Made by a program: the position numbers and the translations under genes
In this document: positions 11,274 through 20,342 of the stretch, one piece after another
How the letters are laid out: each line of letters starts with the position of its first letter
How positions within the stretch are numbered: position 1 is the first letter of the stretch
The notes under the pieces: model-generated
What the model was told of the DNA's origin: nothing
Databases searched by the model: none
What the model saw: only the letters and a program-made list of their open reading frames with translations
Source of the DNA: a virus
Taxonomy: Duplodnaviria; Caudoviricetes
Length of the DNA: 64,000 nucleotides
Virus record (IMG/VR): IMGVR_UViG_3300011008_000016
Coordinates: 1-64,000 of that record
Direction: 5' to 3' (one strand)

Positions 11274-11527
11274 TGCTCCACCTCCCTCGATTGTTCATGA
11301 TTTGGAAGAAATTTAAAACGAACCCCATTAACAAGAACCCCATCTGAGTTATATGATGGTATATCTCTTACCTCAACATCTCGGTTGGATGACCGATCTG
11401 CTAAACGGTTCATCGTTACTGTCGTCGCCGTATTTTTCTTAGACAACGATAACAGATTCAGATACTCTTCCTCCGGTGTAAGCCCGCCTTTAATAATAAT
11501 CCTCTGTCCATTCATTGATGTCAACAT
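11252..11527 (-). CDS. Hypothetical protein (91 aa)
   Basis: AAGGAAG RBS; overlaps the start of the next gene. Confidence 0.6.
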   Translation of the reverse strand: MLTSMNGQRIIIKGGLTPEEEYLNLLSLSKKNTATTVTMNRLADRSSNRDVEVRDIPSYNSDGVLVNGVRFKFLPNHEQSREVEQCGYIMQ

Positions 11528-11578
11528 TGTCTCTTCTTCCTTTCTTTTAAAATTTATTTAGTTAAAATGTAAATAGAC

Positions 11579-11618
11579 AAATGAGAAGTAAGAACCCGGT
11601 ATTCTTACTTCTCATTTT
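11579..11618. terminator. Terminator hairpin downstream of the RNAP beta gene
   Basis: AAATGAGAAGTAAGAA/TTCTTACTTCTCATTT. Confidence 0.75.
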
Positions 11619-11639
11619 ATCCATCTATATAATATAGTA

Positions 11640-14600
11640 TTAAAGAACCAATCGTTCTCCGTAATATATCATATCTTTTGCCACGTAAGCATTTAACTCC
11701 TCATCTAATTCTATATTGGGAATATATCCTTCAGAAGATTTTGAAAGCCTTTGTTCAAATACTGCACGATTGACTTCATTCATGAAGTTCATTCCTGCAA
11801 ATACAATATCTCCTTTTGAATATTCTTGAGTAGCCTCATACTTATTGTCCGGACTCATCATGATATCAAATGCAGATTCCATTAATGCCAGATGTTCTTC
11901 TGCGAGTTTAACATTATTCATATCGAATCTCTCATATCCTGTAGATTCTTTTGTTGGAGTAACTGGTTTCTTTGTATGGACATCCATATATGGACGTTCT
12001 TCTCGCATCTTCTCATTCCAATCCTGTCCAGTAAGAATCTCAAAGCACTTACGTTTCAATTCAATAAGTACTTTATATCCCACTTCAACTGTAAGAACGG
12101 AAGGTGTCCCACGCTGTAATATAGCAGATGGTGCCAACGGTATATCAATCTCCTCATACGGACGAAATGATGTATAAGGTTCAAACCCACGAGGGACCAT
12201 ATAGCCATTCGTAGCCTTATTTGCCGACATATGAGCAAATTTATCACCATCTGATACTTCATCATGATATGTTACATATATCTCAAGTAACACTCCGTCA
12301 TGTACATCAATGCCTGCAATTTTACCATACTGATCAGGTTTTACTCTACCAACAGCACGATCAAAGAACACTCCGCTTCTATAAACAGAGTTTTTATTTT
12401 TATCAAACTTATCCATATAGGCTCTTCTGTCTCTTTCGTGCTTTTGGATACTATTGACCATTTTCTTGAGCGATGGAGACAGCTCTTCAAGTTCAACCGC
12501 AGGATAAACTCGAATATCTGCAATAATACCATCATGTTTCGATGTATACTTAGAGCGACCCAAGTTGATAACTTCCTCTTGTAAATCCTTTCGGATAGAA
12601 TTCATAAGTTCGCTCATTTCCGCATCTGTATATGATGTATCAAACCGAATCAAATCATCTCCATTCTTTACACGATCTCCCACTTTGCAGATATAGTCAA
12701 CATTAGAATTTTTTCCTATCACAACGGAAACTTCTTTCATTGTGATATCTGCTGACATAGCTCTACTTAAACGGTAAGTTGACCACATTGAATCTTCGTA
12801 AGTTGCCATATTTGATAAACAAGCGGTCTTAACCAAAGTGCCATAGGTAAGCTTATTTCCCAACACACCAGTATCTTTAAAGTAGTGCTTGTCGAATGCC
12901 AGAATCGCATCTTTCTTAAATTTATCTCCTTTCTTAAACGTACTATCAAGTTTATTTCCAAGATAGAAACCACCGCCACCGTTCTGGACAATTTTACTAT
13001 CCAAATCAATAGCTTGCGTAGTCCCATCTGCATACTTGATAATCATTATATTAGCATCATCATTCCGGTCAATTACTTCACCATCCTGTTTTGCTACATA
13101 AGAAAAATCATTTGATGTACGGTATTGGATTGTCGAATCAAATCCATTTGTGATAAGACAAGGACATTGATCTTGTACAGGAATTGCGTGACAAGATTGT
13201 TTACTTGTCATTGCTGTACGGTTCGGATCATCGTGTGCAACTCCCATCGGATAAGTCATTTCCTCTGTAGTCATCAACTTCGTTGCATCCAAATTCTTGG
13301 CATTATCACGACCTACAACTTCAAGCATACCATAAGCATTGATAACATTTGGCTCTACAACCAAATGCCTTTCTTTACCGCAATTACCAGAAATATCAGT
13401 AGATACACCGATTAATCCAACCATATTGTCATGATAATTACGCTTTTCTTCACTATAACTTCGGTCTTTATTCATACCGACATAACCCTTCATAGAAGTT
13501 ACACCAAACTGCTTCACTTCTACAATAGGCGAAAGCCGACTATACGAATCTACCGTAGGAAGTCCATTAAGTTCTTTTATAACACAGTCAGGGTCAATAG
13601 ATAACTTCATGGGGTTAGCATTATTTGCCGTCTTACGATATCTGCTGTAAGCCTTTGTCATTTCCTTATAGAGTATAGCAGGAATTATCTCAACATTACG
13701 TAACCGATAAAGTGTCGGGTCTGTATCTATTGAGAATGAACTATCAGCAAGCATATTACTTGCAAAAATCATCAGAGATACAATATCTTCCGGATATCCA
13801 AGCAACTTCAAAATATCAAGTGTTTTGAAGTCAATCATGAAATCATAGAAGTTAATAAAACCGCCTGCATAATATCCACTTCCGAGAAGCTGTTCGAATA
13901 TATCAATATAGGTGTCCCTATTGTCCATCTCTGCAATGGTAAAATCTTTCAAAATCAACTCTGTAAAACCGTTGAATAAAAGACAAGCTTCAAGATCATT
14001 CATAGCATATTTCAGATAACCATCTGCAAACTGTATATACATATAGTTATCCGAATTATCTTTTTTATCAACAAACTCTACTCGATTTTCTCCTGTAAGA
14101 GTATTGAACTTCTGGACAACTGTTGTTAATCCTTCAAAGAAAGTAACAGCAAATACTAACGGAAAATCTTTCTCAAGCATCTTCACGTTATTATGGACGT
14201 ATTTACGTCCTGAAGATAATCTCTTGAATGTATCATAATATACTGGCATAGATTCCCGAACCATAAGAGAAACCATATCCTGATGTTCAGGGTTTGTTGT
14301 ATTGTATACAATAGGTTCCTTCTTGGTTCCTTTATAACCAATGATAATTTCTTCAAGAGTGGAATCTTTATACTTGTCCCCAAGTTCCTCTTTTAACATA
14401 TCCACTGAGAAGACAAATGTACAATTATTAATGACAATCTTATTGTACTTAGATGCCAGTTCATCATATTCCAGGCAAGTGAGATAAGATCTATTGATAA
14501 CAGAGTTATCTCCTTTATACACACGAACTTTTACATTGTCAGGTCTCTTAGATTCATCTACCAGAATCTTCTTAAACCGTTCCATGTTTGGATTGAAACG

Positions 14601-16391
14601 GGTTCCTTTTCTGGTCATCCAAATCTTATTATAATTTGAAACAATCTGAAGTTCATCAGGACCTGTCTTAATGATAGGAAGTCCTACAAGCTGTTTCTCA
14701 ATTACACGACGTTTACCGTTGATGATCAAAAACTTATCGTCAACCAATTTCGGTATATTGACCTTGATGGTATGACGCCTCCTATTTTCGTCTTCCATTT
14801 CAATCGTATAGGTATCCTGATAAACCAACTCTGTTGAAGTATCTTCTACCTTTACATCAAGTACATTGACATTGATTCCTTTATCATTGAAGGAAGTGAT
14901 TGCACGAGCCATATCCCTATCAAACATTTCTTCGATATAAGCGGACTCGAAATTATAAAACCGAACATTCGTAAGTTCGGAATTATCGGTAACAACAGCA
15001 TCATTACTAATCTGATGCTCTGGGATTTTCGGAGGTTCCGGCATTTCGGCAATTAAATCACCAATCTTCTTATCATGGATTTTAAGAGTCATCTGTTTCT
15101 CACGAAGCATTTTATCTCTCTTCAAAGAAGCAGCGGTCTTAGTACCAACTCTTTTATCCGTAACAGATTTAATGAAAGAAGTTTTTAACTCGTCATCGGT
15201 CTCAATCTCTTCTATTGTATCTTCAATTGCCTCATCTTCCGAAATCTTTGTATCTGTATCTCTTTCTTCTTCATCACGAAATTCTGTTTCAGGATGAGAA
15301 GATTCTTCCTTCAATCGTTTCTTTTCTTCTTTCTTAGCCTCTTCTTCATCAGCTTCGACATCTTTTGTAGCAGCTACTTTCTTCTCCAGTTTCTGGATTG
15401 CAATATCCGCAGCGATTGCAGGTGCATCTTTTACCGTATCATCAAAACCTTGAGGACCAGTAGCGTTCTTTGTAATAACTGCCTTAATTTGATTATCCAA
15501 ATCAGCCTTTACGATACCCTCATAATGGTCGATTATGTCAGATACCATATATTTATCACCTTTCTGATTAACGGCTTCGTATCCAGCAGGCTGAATCCTC
15601 TTGACAAATCTAACAAGGCTTGTGAAATTCTCTCTCTTGAAATCTCCTAATGTATTGACTTTGACATATCCCTTAGTGGTATAAAAAAGAATCTCCATCT
15701 CCGGAACAGACACCATTACCTTGAAGATAATATTGTCGGATTTCCTCAAAAGAATCATCATGTAATCATAGAATTGAAAATCACCAAGGGGTGCATCAAT
15801 ATGAAAATCATCCAAATCAATAAAGATTGGAGCTTTCTTATACTTATCAAATTTCAAGCCTTCATAAAAAGAACCAATCGTATTGAAGTACATCTTCAAC
15901 CGTTCAACAAGAGGAATCCTCTCCAATTTTGGTTGCCTCTTTAATAACGCAGTAAGAGGTTCCATATCATATACAAAGTTCTTTCCTGCTAATGTAGCGG
16001 TTGAGATTGGTGTAATGATATTGGGTGCATTCTGCTGCATATCGCCATAAGCGAGAATTCTTTGTTGCTTTAACCCCATTTTGCTGATACCGGGATTTTT
16101 AACACGAGGAGACTTTATAGCACGGAATAAACGTATATGATCATAGTAATATCCTTTATATGCAGTCCCCTGATTCATGAGTTTTGGATGCTTATTGGTG
16201 AGTACCCTTGCAATTGATGTAGGTTGGGTATTCAGAAATGGTATAAACATCCCTTTATTTGAACTACCATCTTTTGGTAGTTGTAACTTATCTTTTGCAA
16301 CTGTAAAGTTTGATACAGTATCCAACTGTCTCATTTCAAGGATAGCTGACTTCTCAGCCCCATCGGGACCATCAAACATAACAAGTTCCAT
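11640..16391 (-). CDS. rpoB: Phage multisubunit RNA polymerase beta subunit (probably virion RNAP)
   Basis: RpoB motifs: IINGKRRVI (cf. IINGTERVI), HDDPNRTAMTSKQSCHAIP (cf. HDDANRALMGSNMQRQAVP), TYEDS (cf. NFEDS), GDKFAHMSANK (cf. GDKMAGRHGNKG); long charged N-terminal extension. Confidence 0.9.
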   Translation of the reverse strand: MELVMFDGPDGAEKSAILEMRQLDTVSNFTVAKDKLQLPKDGSSNKGMFIPFLNTQPTSIARVLTNKHPKLMNQGTAYKGYYYDHIRLFRAIKSPRVKNPGISKMGLKQQRILAYGDMQQNAPNIITPISTATLAGKNFVYDMEPLTALLKRQPKLERIPLVERLKMYFNTIGSFYEGLKFDKYKKAPIFIDLDDFHIDAPLGDFQFYDYMMILLRKSDNIIFKVMVSVPEMEILFYTTKGYVKVNTLGDFKRENFTSLVRFVKRIQPAGYEAVNQKGDKYMVSDIIDHYEGIVKADLDNQIKAVITKNATGPQGFDDTVKDAPAIAADIAIQKLEKKVAATKDVEADEEEAKKEEKKRLKEESSHPETEFRDEEERDTDTKISEDEAIEDTIEEIETDDELKTSFIKSVTDKRVGTKTAASLKRDKMLREKQMTLKIHDKKIGDLIAEMPEPPKIPEHQISNDAVVTDNSELTNVRFYNFESAYIEEMFDRDMARAITSFNDKGINVNVLDVKVEDTSTELVYQDTYTIEMEDENRRRHTIKVNIPKLVDDKFLIINGKRRVIEKQLVGLPIIKTGPDELQIVSNYNKIWMTRKGTRFNPNMERFKKILVDESKRPDNVKVRVYKGDNSVINRSYLTCLEYDELASKYNKIVINNCTFVFSVDMLKEELGDKYKDSTLEEIIIGYKGTKKEPIVYNTTNPEHQDMVSLMVRESMPVYYDTFKRLSSGRKYVHNNVKMLEKDFPLVFAVTFFEGLTTVVQKFNTLTGENRVEFVDKKDNSDNYMYIQFADGYLKYAMNDLEACLLFNGFTELILKDFTIAEMDNRDTYIDIFEQLLGSGYYAGGFINFYDFMIDFKTLDILKLLGYPEDIVSLMIFASNMLADSSFSIDTDPTLYRLRNVEIIPAILYKEMTKAYSRYRKTANNANPMKLSIDPDCVIKELNGLPTVDSYSRLSPIVEVKQFGVTSMKGYVGMNKDRSYSEEKRNYHDNMVGLIGVSTDISGNCGKERHLVVEPNVINAYGMLEVVGRDNAKNLDATKLMTTEEMTYPMGVAHDDPNRTAMTSKQSCHAIPVQDQCPCLITNGFDSTIQYRTSNDFSYVAKQDGEVIDRNDDANIMIIKYADGTTQAIDLDSKIVQNGGGGFYLGNKLDSTFKKGDKFKKDAILAFDKHYFKDTGVLGNKLTYGTLVKTACLSNMATYEDSMWSTYRLSRAMSADITMKEVSVVIGKNSNVDYICKVGDRVKNGDDLIRFDTSYTDAEMSELMNSIRKDLQEEVINLGRSKYTSKHDGIIADIRVYPAVELEELSPSLKKMVNSIQKHERDRRAYMDKFDKNKNSVYRSGVFFDRAVGRVKPDQYGKIAGIDVHDGVLLEIYVTYHDEVSDGDKFAHMSANKATNGYMVPRGFEPYTSFRPYEEIDIPLAPSAILQRGTPSVLTVEVGYKVLIELKRKCFEILTGQDWNEKMREERPYMDVHTKKPVTPTKESTGYERFDMNNVKLAEEHLALMESAFDIMMSPDNKYEATQEYSKGDIVFAGMNFMNEVNRAVFEQRLSKSSEGYIPNIELDEELNAYVAKDMIYYGERLVL

Positions 16392-16416
16392 AGGGTTATC
16401 CTCCTTTCATTATAAT

Positions 16417-16428
16417 TACAGTCTTGTT
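16417..16428 (-). promoter_or_regulatory. Late-type promoter motif AACA-N6-TA (representative copy)
   Basis: NACA-N6-TA found at 14 sites; resembles the AR9 nvRNAP consensus. Confidence 0.6.
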
Positions 16429-16532
16429 AAAAACGTTGATTTTGTATAAAAAATATAAGCCGGGAACCTGCGCAATGGCTAAGCCCCCGACCTATGTAAC
16501 GATACCGTAGTATCGTTTCAGTTATGTTTCAA

Positions 16533-17213
16533 TCAACGAACGTCGAAATTATAGAAATCTCGGACAGCTATAGCGTCCGTATTGAACAATAAATTATTTT
16601 TTACAACTTCAGAGGCAATGTAAAGCTCTAACTGGGAAGCCTGATCAATCACATCCCATAGCTTACATTGTCCATCTTCATTAAATCCTAACAGTGTTTC
16701 CGGACTATAAAATTCACCACTTGCCGAAACACCGTTGACTTTGTTAAGTGACCAAACCTCAAATATTTTCTTGAGAATTGATACAAATATTTCAGTTTCT
16801 GGTGTAGCTTTAAGATATCCATACAAATATTTCGTAGACATCTTACTACATAACCGATACAAATCTGAGAAAAGCTTATATATTTCACGTCCACCATAAT
16901 AAACTTCATTAAAATGTTCAAAGATGATATCTGTTACTACAACTACCTTTGGGACGATTCCCTTTCCTGTAATTGTAAATAGATTATTTCTACCAAAGAA
17001 CACACCGGTTGGATCAATCCCATTAAATGTCATTATACTCTTCATAGCTGACATACAATCACGTTTATTTTCATAACCTTCATTGGGTAACTCATTATGA
17101 ACATTGAATTTTTCCAATAATTCAATATATCTTTGAAATGTATAGGGGTTTTCTGTATATCCTGAGAATTGTAAGTTTAGATTTGGTTGATTAGGAACGA
17201 ATCCGTAATGCAT
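16533..17213 (-). CDS. Hypothetical protein (226 aa)
   Basis: ORF with AAGGAGGAG RBS. Confidence 0.8.
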   Translation of the reverse strand: MHYGFVPNQPNLNLQFSGYTENPYTFQRYIELLEKFNVHNELPNEGYENKRDCMSAMKSIMTFNGIDPTGVFFGRNNLFTITGKGIVPKVVVVTDIIFEHFNEVYYGGREIYKLFSDLYRLCSKMSTKYLYGYLKATPETEIFVSILKKIFEVWSLNKVNGVSASGEFYSPETLLGFNEDGQCKLWDVIDQASQLELYIASEVVKNNLLFNTDAIAVRDFYNFDVR

Positions 17214-17359
17214 TATATCATCTCCTCCTTTGAAAAATCCGGTTCACAGACTTTTTGTTTATATATTAACTCCTTAGATATAACGACAGCCATAAGTTAT
17301 ATCAATATCCTGAAAGGGGGTTATTGAACCTATAGTTGGCGTTAAGAAAGGAGGTCAAT

Positions 17360-17548
17360 ATGCCATTGACTGGAAATGTTGCGGACGATAAACTCATCCG
17401 CAATTTTAACCGTCTTGTTCTTGGTTGTCCGGATGGTGTTTATCGTCCAAATGCAACTAAAGTAAGAAGAGCACCGAATCAAAGCTTAACCGAGCAAACA
17501 ATTCGAAATGCTCAAAACAAAGTGGATTACGTTTACAGTTACCTGTAA
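17360..17548 (+). CDS. 62-aa microprotein, copy 1 (MPLTGNVADDKLIRNFNRL...)
   Basis: AAGAAAGGAGG RBS; 44/54 aa identical to 52588..52779, with many synonymous changes. Confidence 0.85.
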   Translation: MPLTGNVADDKLIRNFNRLVLGCPDGVYRPNATKVRRAPNQSLTEQTIRNAQNKVDYVYSYL

Positions 17549-17588
17549 ACTTTTCCATAGCCGAAAGGCTACACCCTAAATGGGTGGG

Positions 17589-17623
17589 TAATCGGGAGGC
17601 ACCAACTCCCGATTATTTTTTTT
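17589..17623 (+). terminator. Intrinsic terminator
   Basis: TAATCGGGAG/CTCCCGATTA followed by T8. Confidence 0.85.
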
Positions 17624-17635
17624 GTATATTCTTTT

Positions 17636-18334
17636 TTATCTTCTAAAAACTTCAAGCGAATCTACATAAATCTTACTAAGTCCAATTGGGTCAATATGCC
17701 ATCGTAAATCCGGATTGTAGAAATCATATGGTAATTCCATAAATTCGCTTTCAAATATTTTATACATTCCCTTCAAAGTTTCATCTTCATATAACGGTTT
17801 TACATACTTATTCAAGCAGATGAATAATCTGGCAATTCTAAATAAAATTTCGTATTCGCATTCAGTGAAATAAATTTCATTAAATACTTCTTGAGCTGCT
17901 GAATTAATAACATATGATTCACCATTTTCAAGAGGATATCTAAATAATACTGGCATATGAGCAGCTTCATAATTCCGTCCACTATTAATATTTCTATCAT
18001 GACTATTATACAGAGTAAGACCAATAGCCGACAATGTTTCATCATCTATTTCATCTTCTTTGGTTATATCAATTCCTCGTAATATTGGTGGTAAATCGTA
18101 TGAGGTCTTTATTTCATATTCGTGAACTATTAAGTCTACGTATTTGCCTATAAGATTTTGCATATCATCATAGTATGACTTCATAGTGATAAAATTATTC
18201 GTACAACCTCTTATGATATCCTTATGAAGCCATAATAACTCCGGTAATGTTTCTTCTCCATCATCAACTGGATGTACTTCACTGGGATTTACATAATCTT
18301 TCATTCCAGCTACGTCAATAATATAAACTATCAT
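17636..18334 (-). CDS. Hypothetical protein (232 aa), weak paralog of its neighbour
   Basis: ORF; ATGA overlap with the upstream gene. Confidence 0.75.
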   Translation of the reverse strand: MIVYIIDVAGMKDYVNPSEVHPVDDGEETLPELLWLHKDIIRGCTNNFITMKSYYDDMQNLIGKYVDLIVHEYEIKTSYDLPPILRGIDITKEDEIDDETLSAIGLTLYNSHDRNINSGRNYEAAHMPVLFRYPLENGESYVINSAAQEVFNEIYFTECEYEILFRIARLFICLNKYVKPLYEDETLKGMYKIFESEFMELPYDFYNPDLRWHIDPIGLSKIYVDSLEVFRR

Positions 18335-18975
18335 GAAGTTCTCCTTTCTATTTCTACGAATTTTCTTAATTCGTAATATATCGCATAATTACTGTCAATA
18401 TATGGATTGTCGAAAACATCATAATGATAATAATCCATTTGTTCTAATTCCTGAAACGCTTCATCATAATCGTACAGGATTTTCACCAAAGTGCATAAAA
18501 TTCTTCTTAAATCAAACTGAAGATACCTCGCTATAATCATAACCGCATCAGATAAATTATCATATTCAAATAAACTTGTCGCGGCTTGAGACATCTCCCA
18601 TTTAGTAACCCCATTAAACATCACCTCAAATGTACCAAAGAGATAATGCTTTCCTGATTGGATAATTAATTCGTGTTCAATCTCTATTTCGCTTGTCTCT
18701 GAGAGTGCATAATGGGTATTAATATAATCTGCCATAGCTCCAGAAGAATATGCAATATTATCCGGGTAGTCAAACTGTATAATTTTGAGATGTAATTTAC
18801 TGAAGACATTTTCATACCATTTATCCATATAATTCATATACATGATTATCATGTCTTTAGATTCGTGATAGACTTTAAATAAAAAGAAGTATTCAGAAAT
18901 GACATGACCAATTTCACCTGGTTTTGGTAATTTCTCATTGTAAATCATTGGTGAAATTGTATAAATACTTTTCAT
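18331..18975 (-). CDS. Hypothetical protein (214 aa)
   Basis: GAGGAGG RBS and TATATTAA upstream. Confidence 0.75.
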   Translation of the reverse strand: MKSIYTISPMIYNEKLPKPGEIGHVISEYFFLFKVYHESKDMIIMYMNYMDKWYENVFSKLHLKIIQFDYPDNIAYSSGAMADYINTHYALSETSEIEIEHELIIQSGKHYLFGTFEVMFNGVTKWEMSQAATSLFEYDNLSDAVMIIARYLQFDLRRILCTLVKILYDYDEAFQELEQMDYYHYDVFDNPYIDSNYAIYYELRKFVEIERRTS

Positions 18976-19189
18976 CCATTTAACCTCCTCTCCATTGTAT
19001 TCTTGTATCTTAATATATCAATAATCAGCTTTTCAGAAATTATATACGCAAAAAATGAGATAGTAGGTCCATCCATTTCCTACTATCTCAATGACTGATA
19101 CATGAAAAGTTAATAAAGAGGGGAGTAAATTTTTTGGTTATGAAAGTTTAGAACTTCCATTACTTGACTGTATATATTTTAACAAAAAT

Positions 19190-20120
19190 TAATGGAGACA
19201 TGTACATACTCTTAATGCAGAAAGTGGACATGTCACGCTGCTGTGGAGAAAGTAACGACTAACACTTGAAACTTTGATAGCAATATCAAGGTTGTTAGCA
19301 CGAGAGACCCGTGAAATCAAAATGGTGGCAAATGTGTACGAGTCTGTGAATATGCAGGACGTGGGGCCGCCAGTAGCAATATTGGTAACGAAGGCTGTAA
19401 GAGTCGCCACTTATGTTATACAATGCTCTCTCGACAATTGATACGTATGTTGTAGCAATCTACGTATTTTAGGTCAATGATTAGAAGAAAACATCCTAAG
19501 AGAGCGGGTGTTTAGTAGAAATAGCAACGCAATACACTGTGGCAGAACTACTATGGGTAACTGAAATAGAACTGAAACAAACTCCCATAGGAGGGACGGA
19601 GACCGTTGGAATCACCATGGAGTAGTGTAGCCCTATTCTATTAAATTACTGGATGCGGTCCTTTAAAGACAACTGCGTGAAAGCAAGAGAATATGACATT
19701 GTTAGTAGCGAACAGACAGTCTGGCTTGCAACTCCACTACTATGAATGCGAGAGTTGGGACCCTTGCCAATTTAATCGTGGGTGTCACAGGATGGCACAG
19801 ACGGTCGCTTAGGCTGCGACGAATAAATTTGCATCTCATATGCCTGGATTCGGCTGGTAGAAATAGAATCTCATTATGCTTATAGAATAAAAGAACCTAT
19901 AATGCTAAACTTCGTTATAGGATGCTACAAGTCTGGGGCACCGGACTTCTTAATGTAGGATGGTTGCAAACATCTTACCATATTTGCGGTATAATGGAAA
20001 ATAAGAGCTGTGTTAGGAGCACCATAGTCAATCCCTCTCATGAATATCTTATTATCGCGTATAGTTAATGTGAATTCACAGTAATGAACGGTTCTTCTCG
20101 TGGTGCCGTTCATTATCTCT
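19190..20120 (+). ncRNA. Candidate large structured non-coding RNA (~930 nt)
   Basis: No credible ORF; more GC-rich than its flanks; many nested stems with G-U pairs and GNRA loops on the + strand; closing hairpin 20081-20116. Confidence 0.65.
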
Positions 20121-20342
20121 TAAATCTAAATTGAGTCAAGCATTTTAGTCCACTCCGTAAAAGGTTAGTGGAGTACTCATTCAAGGAGCACTGAAAATCT
20201 TTTCCGTGCCCAGTTGTAGGCATTTAATCTATACAACATGGGGTAGTTAGGTTATACTCCAAATTACTTTTTAGGAAGTGGTCAACAAAATATAACTCAA
20301 ATTCAAATTTTGGAGCTTTAAAAATGAAAGAAACACGATATA

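Larger units (their letters stand above)
17233..17638 (+). repeat. Dispersed cassette, copy 1 (paralog of 52457..52864)
   Basis: Shares an identical 18-mer AAAAATCCGGTTCACAGA, TATATTAA, RBS context, microprotein, terminator and TTTTTTGTATATTCTTTTTTA end with copy 2. Confidence 0.85.

Noticed and set aside
11630-11636. TATATTA as a promoter for 11252..11527
   Set aside because: A strong terminator hairpin lies between it and the gene, so it was not counted.
19189-20113. ORFs 19189..19410 and 19925..20113 (-)
   Set aside because: Short, no RBS, atypical composition; the + strand RNA structure explains the region better.
19190-20120. The large RNA as a group I/II intron, RNase P RNA or tmRNA
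   Set aside because: No flanking exons. AACGACTA/ATAGTC could mimic P7, but no P4/P6 core precedes it. No complete domain V, no GAGGAAAGUCC, no tRNA-like ends. Not excluded formally without cmscan.
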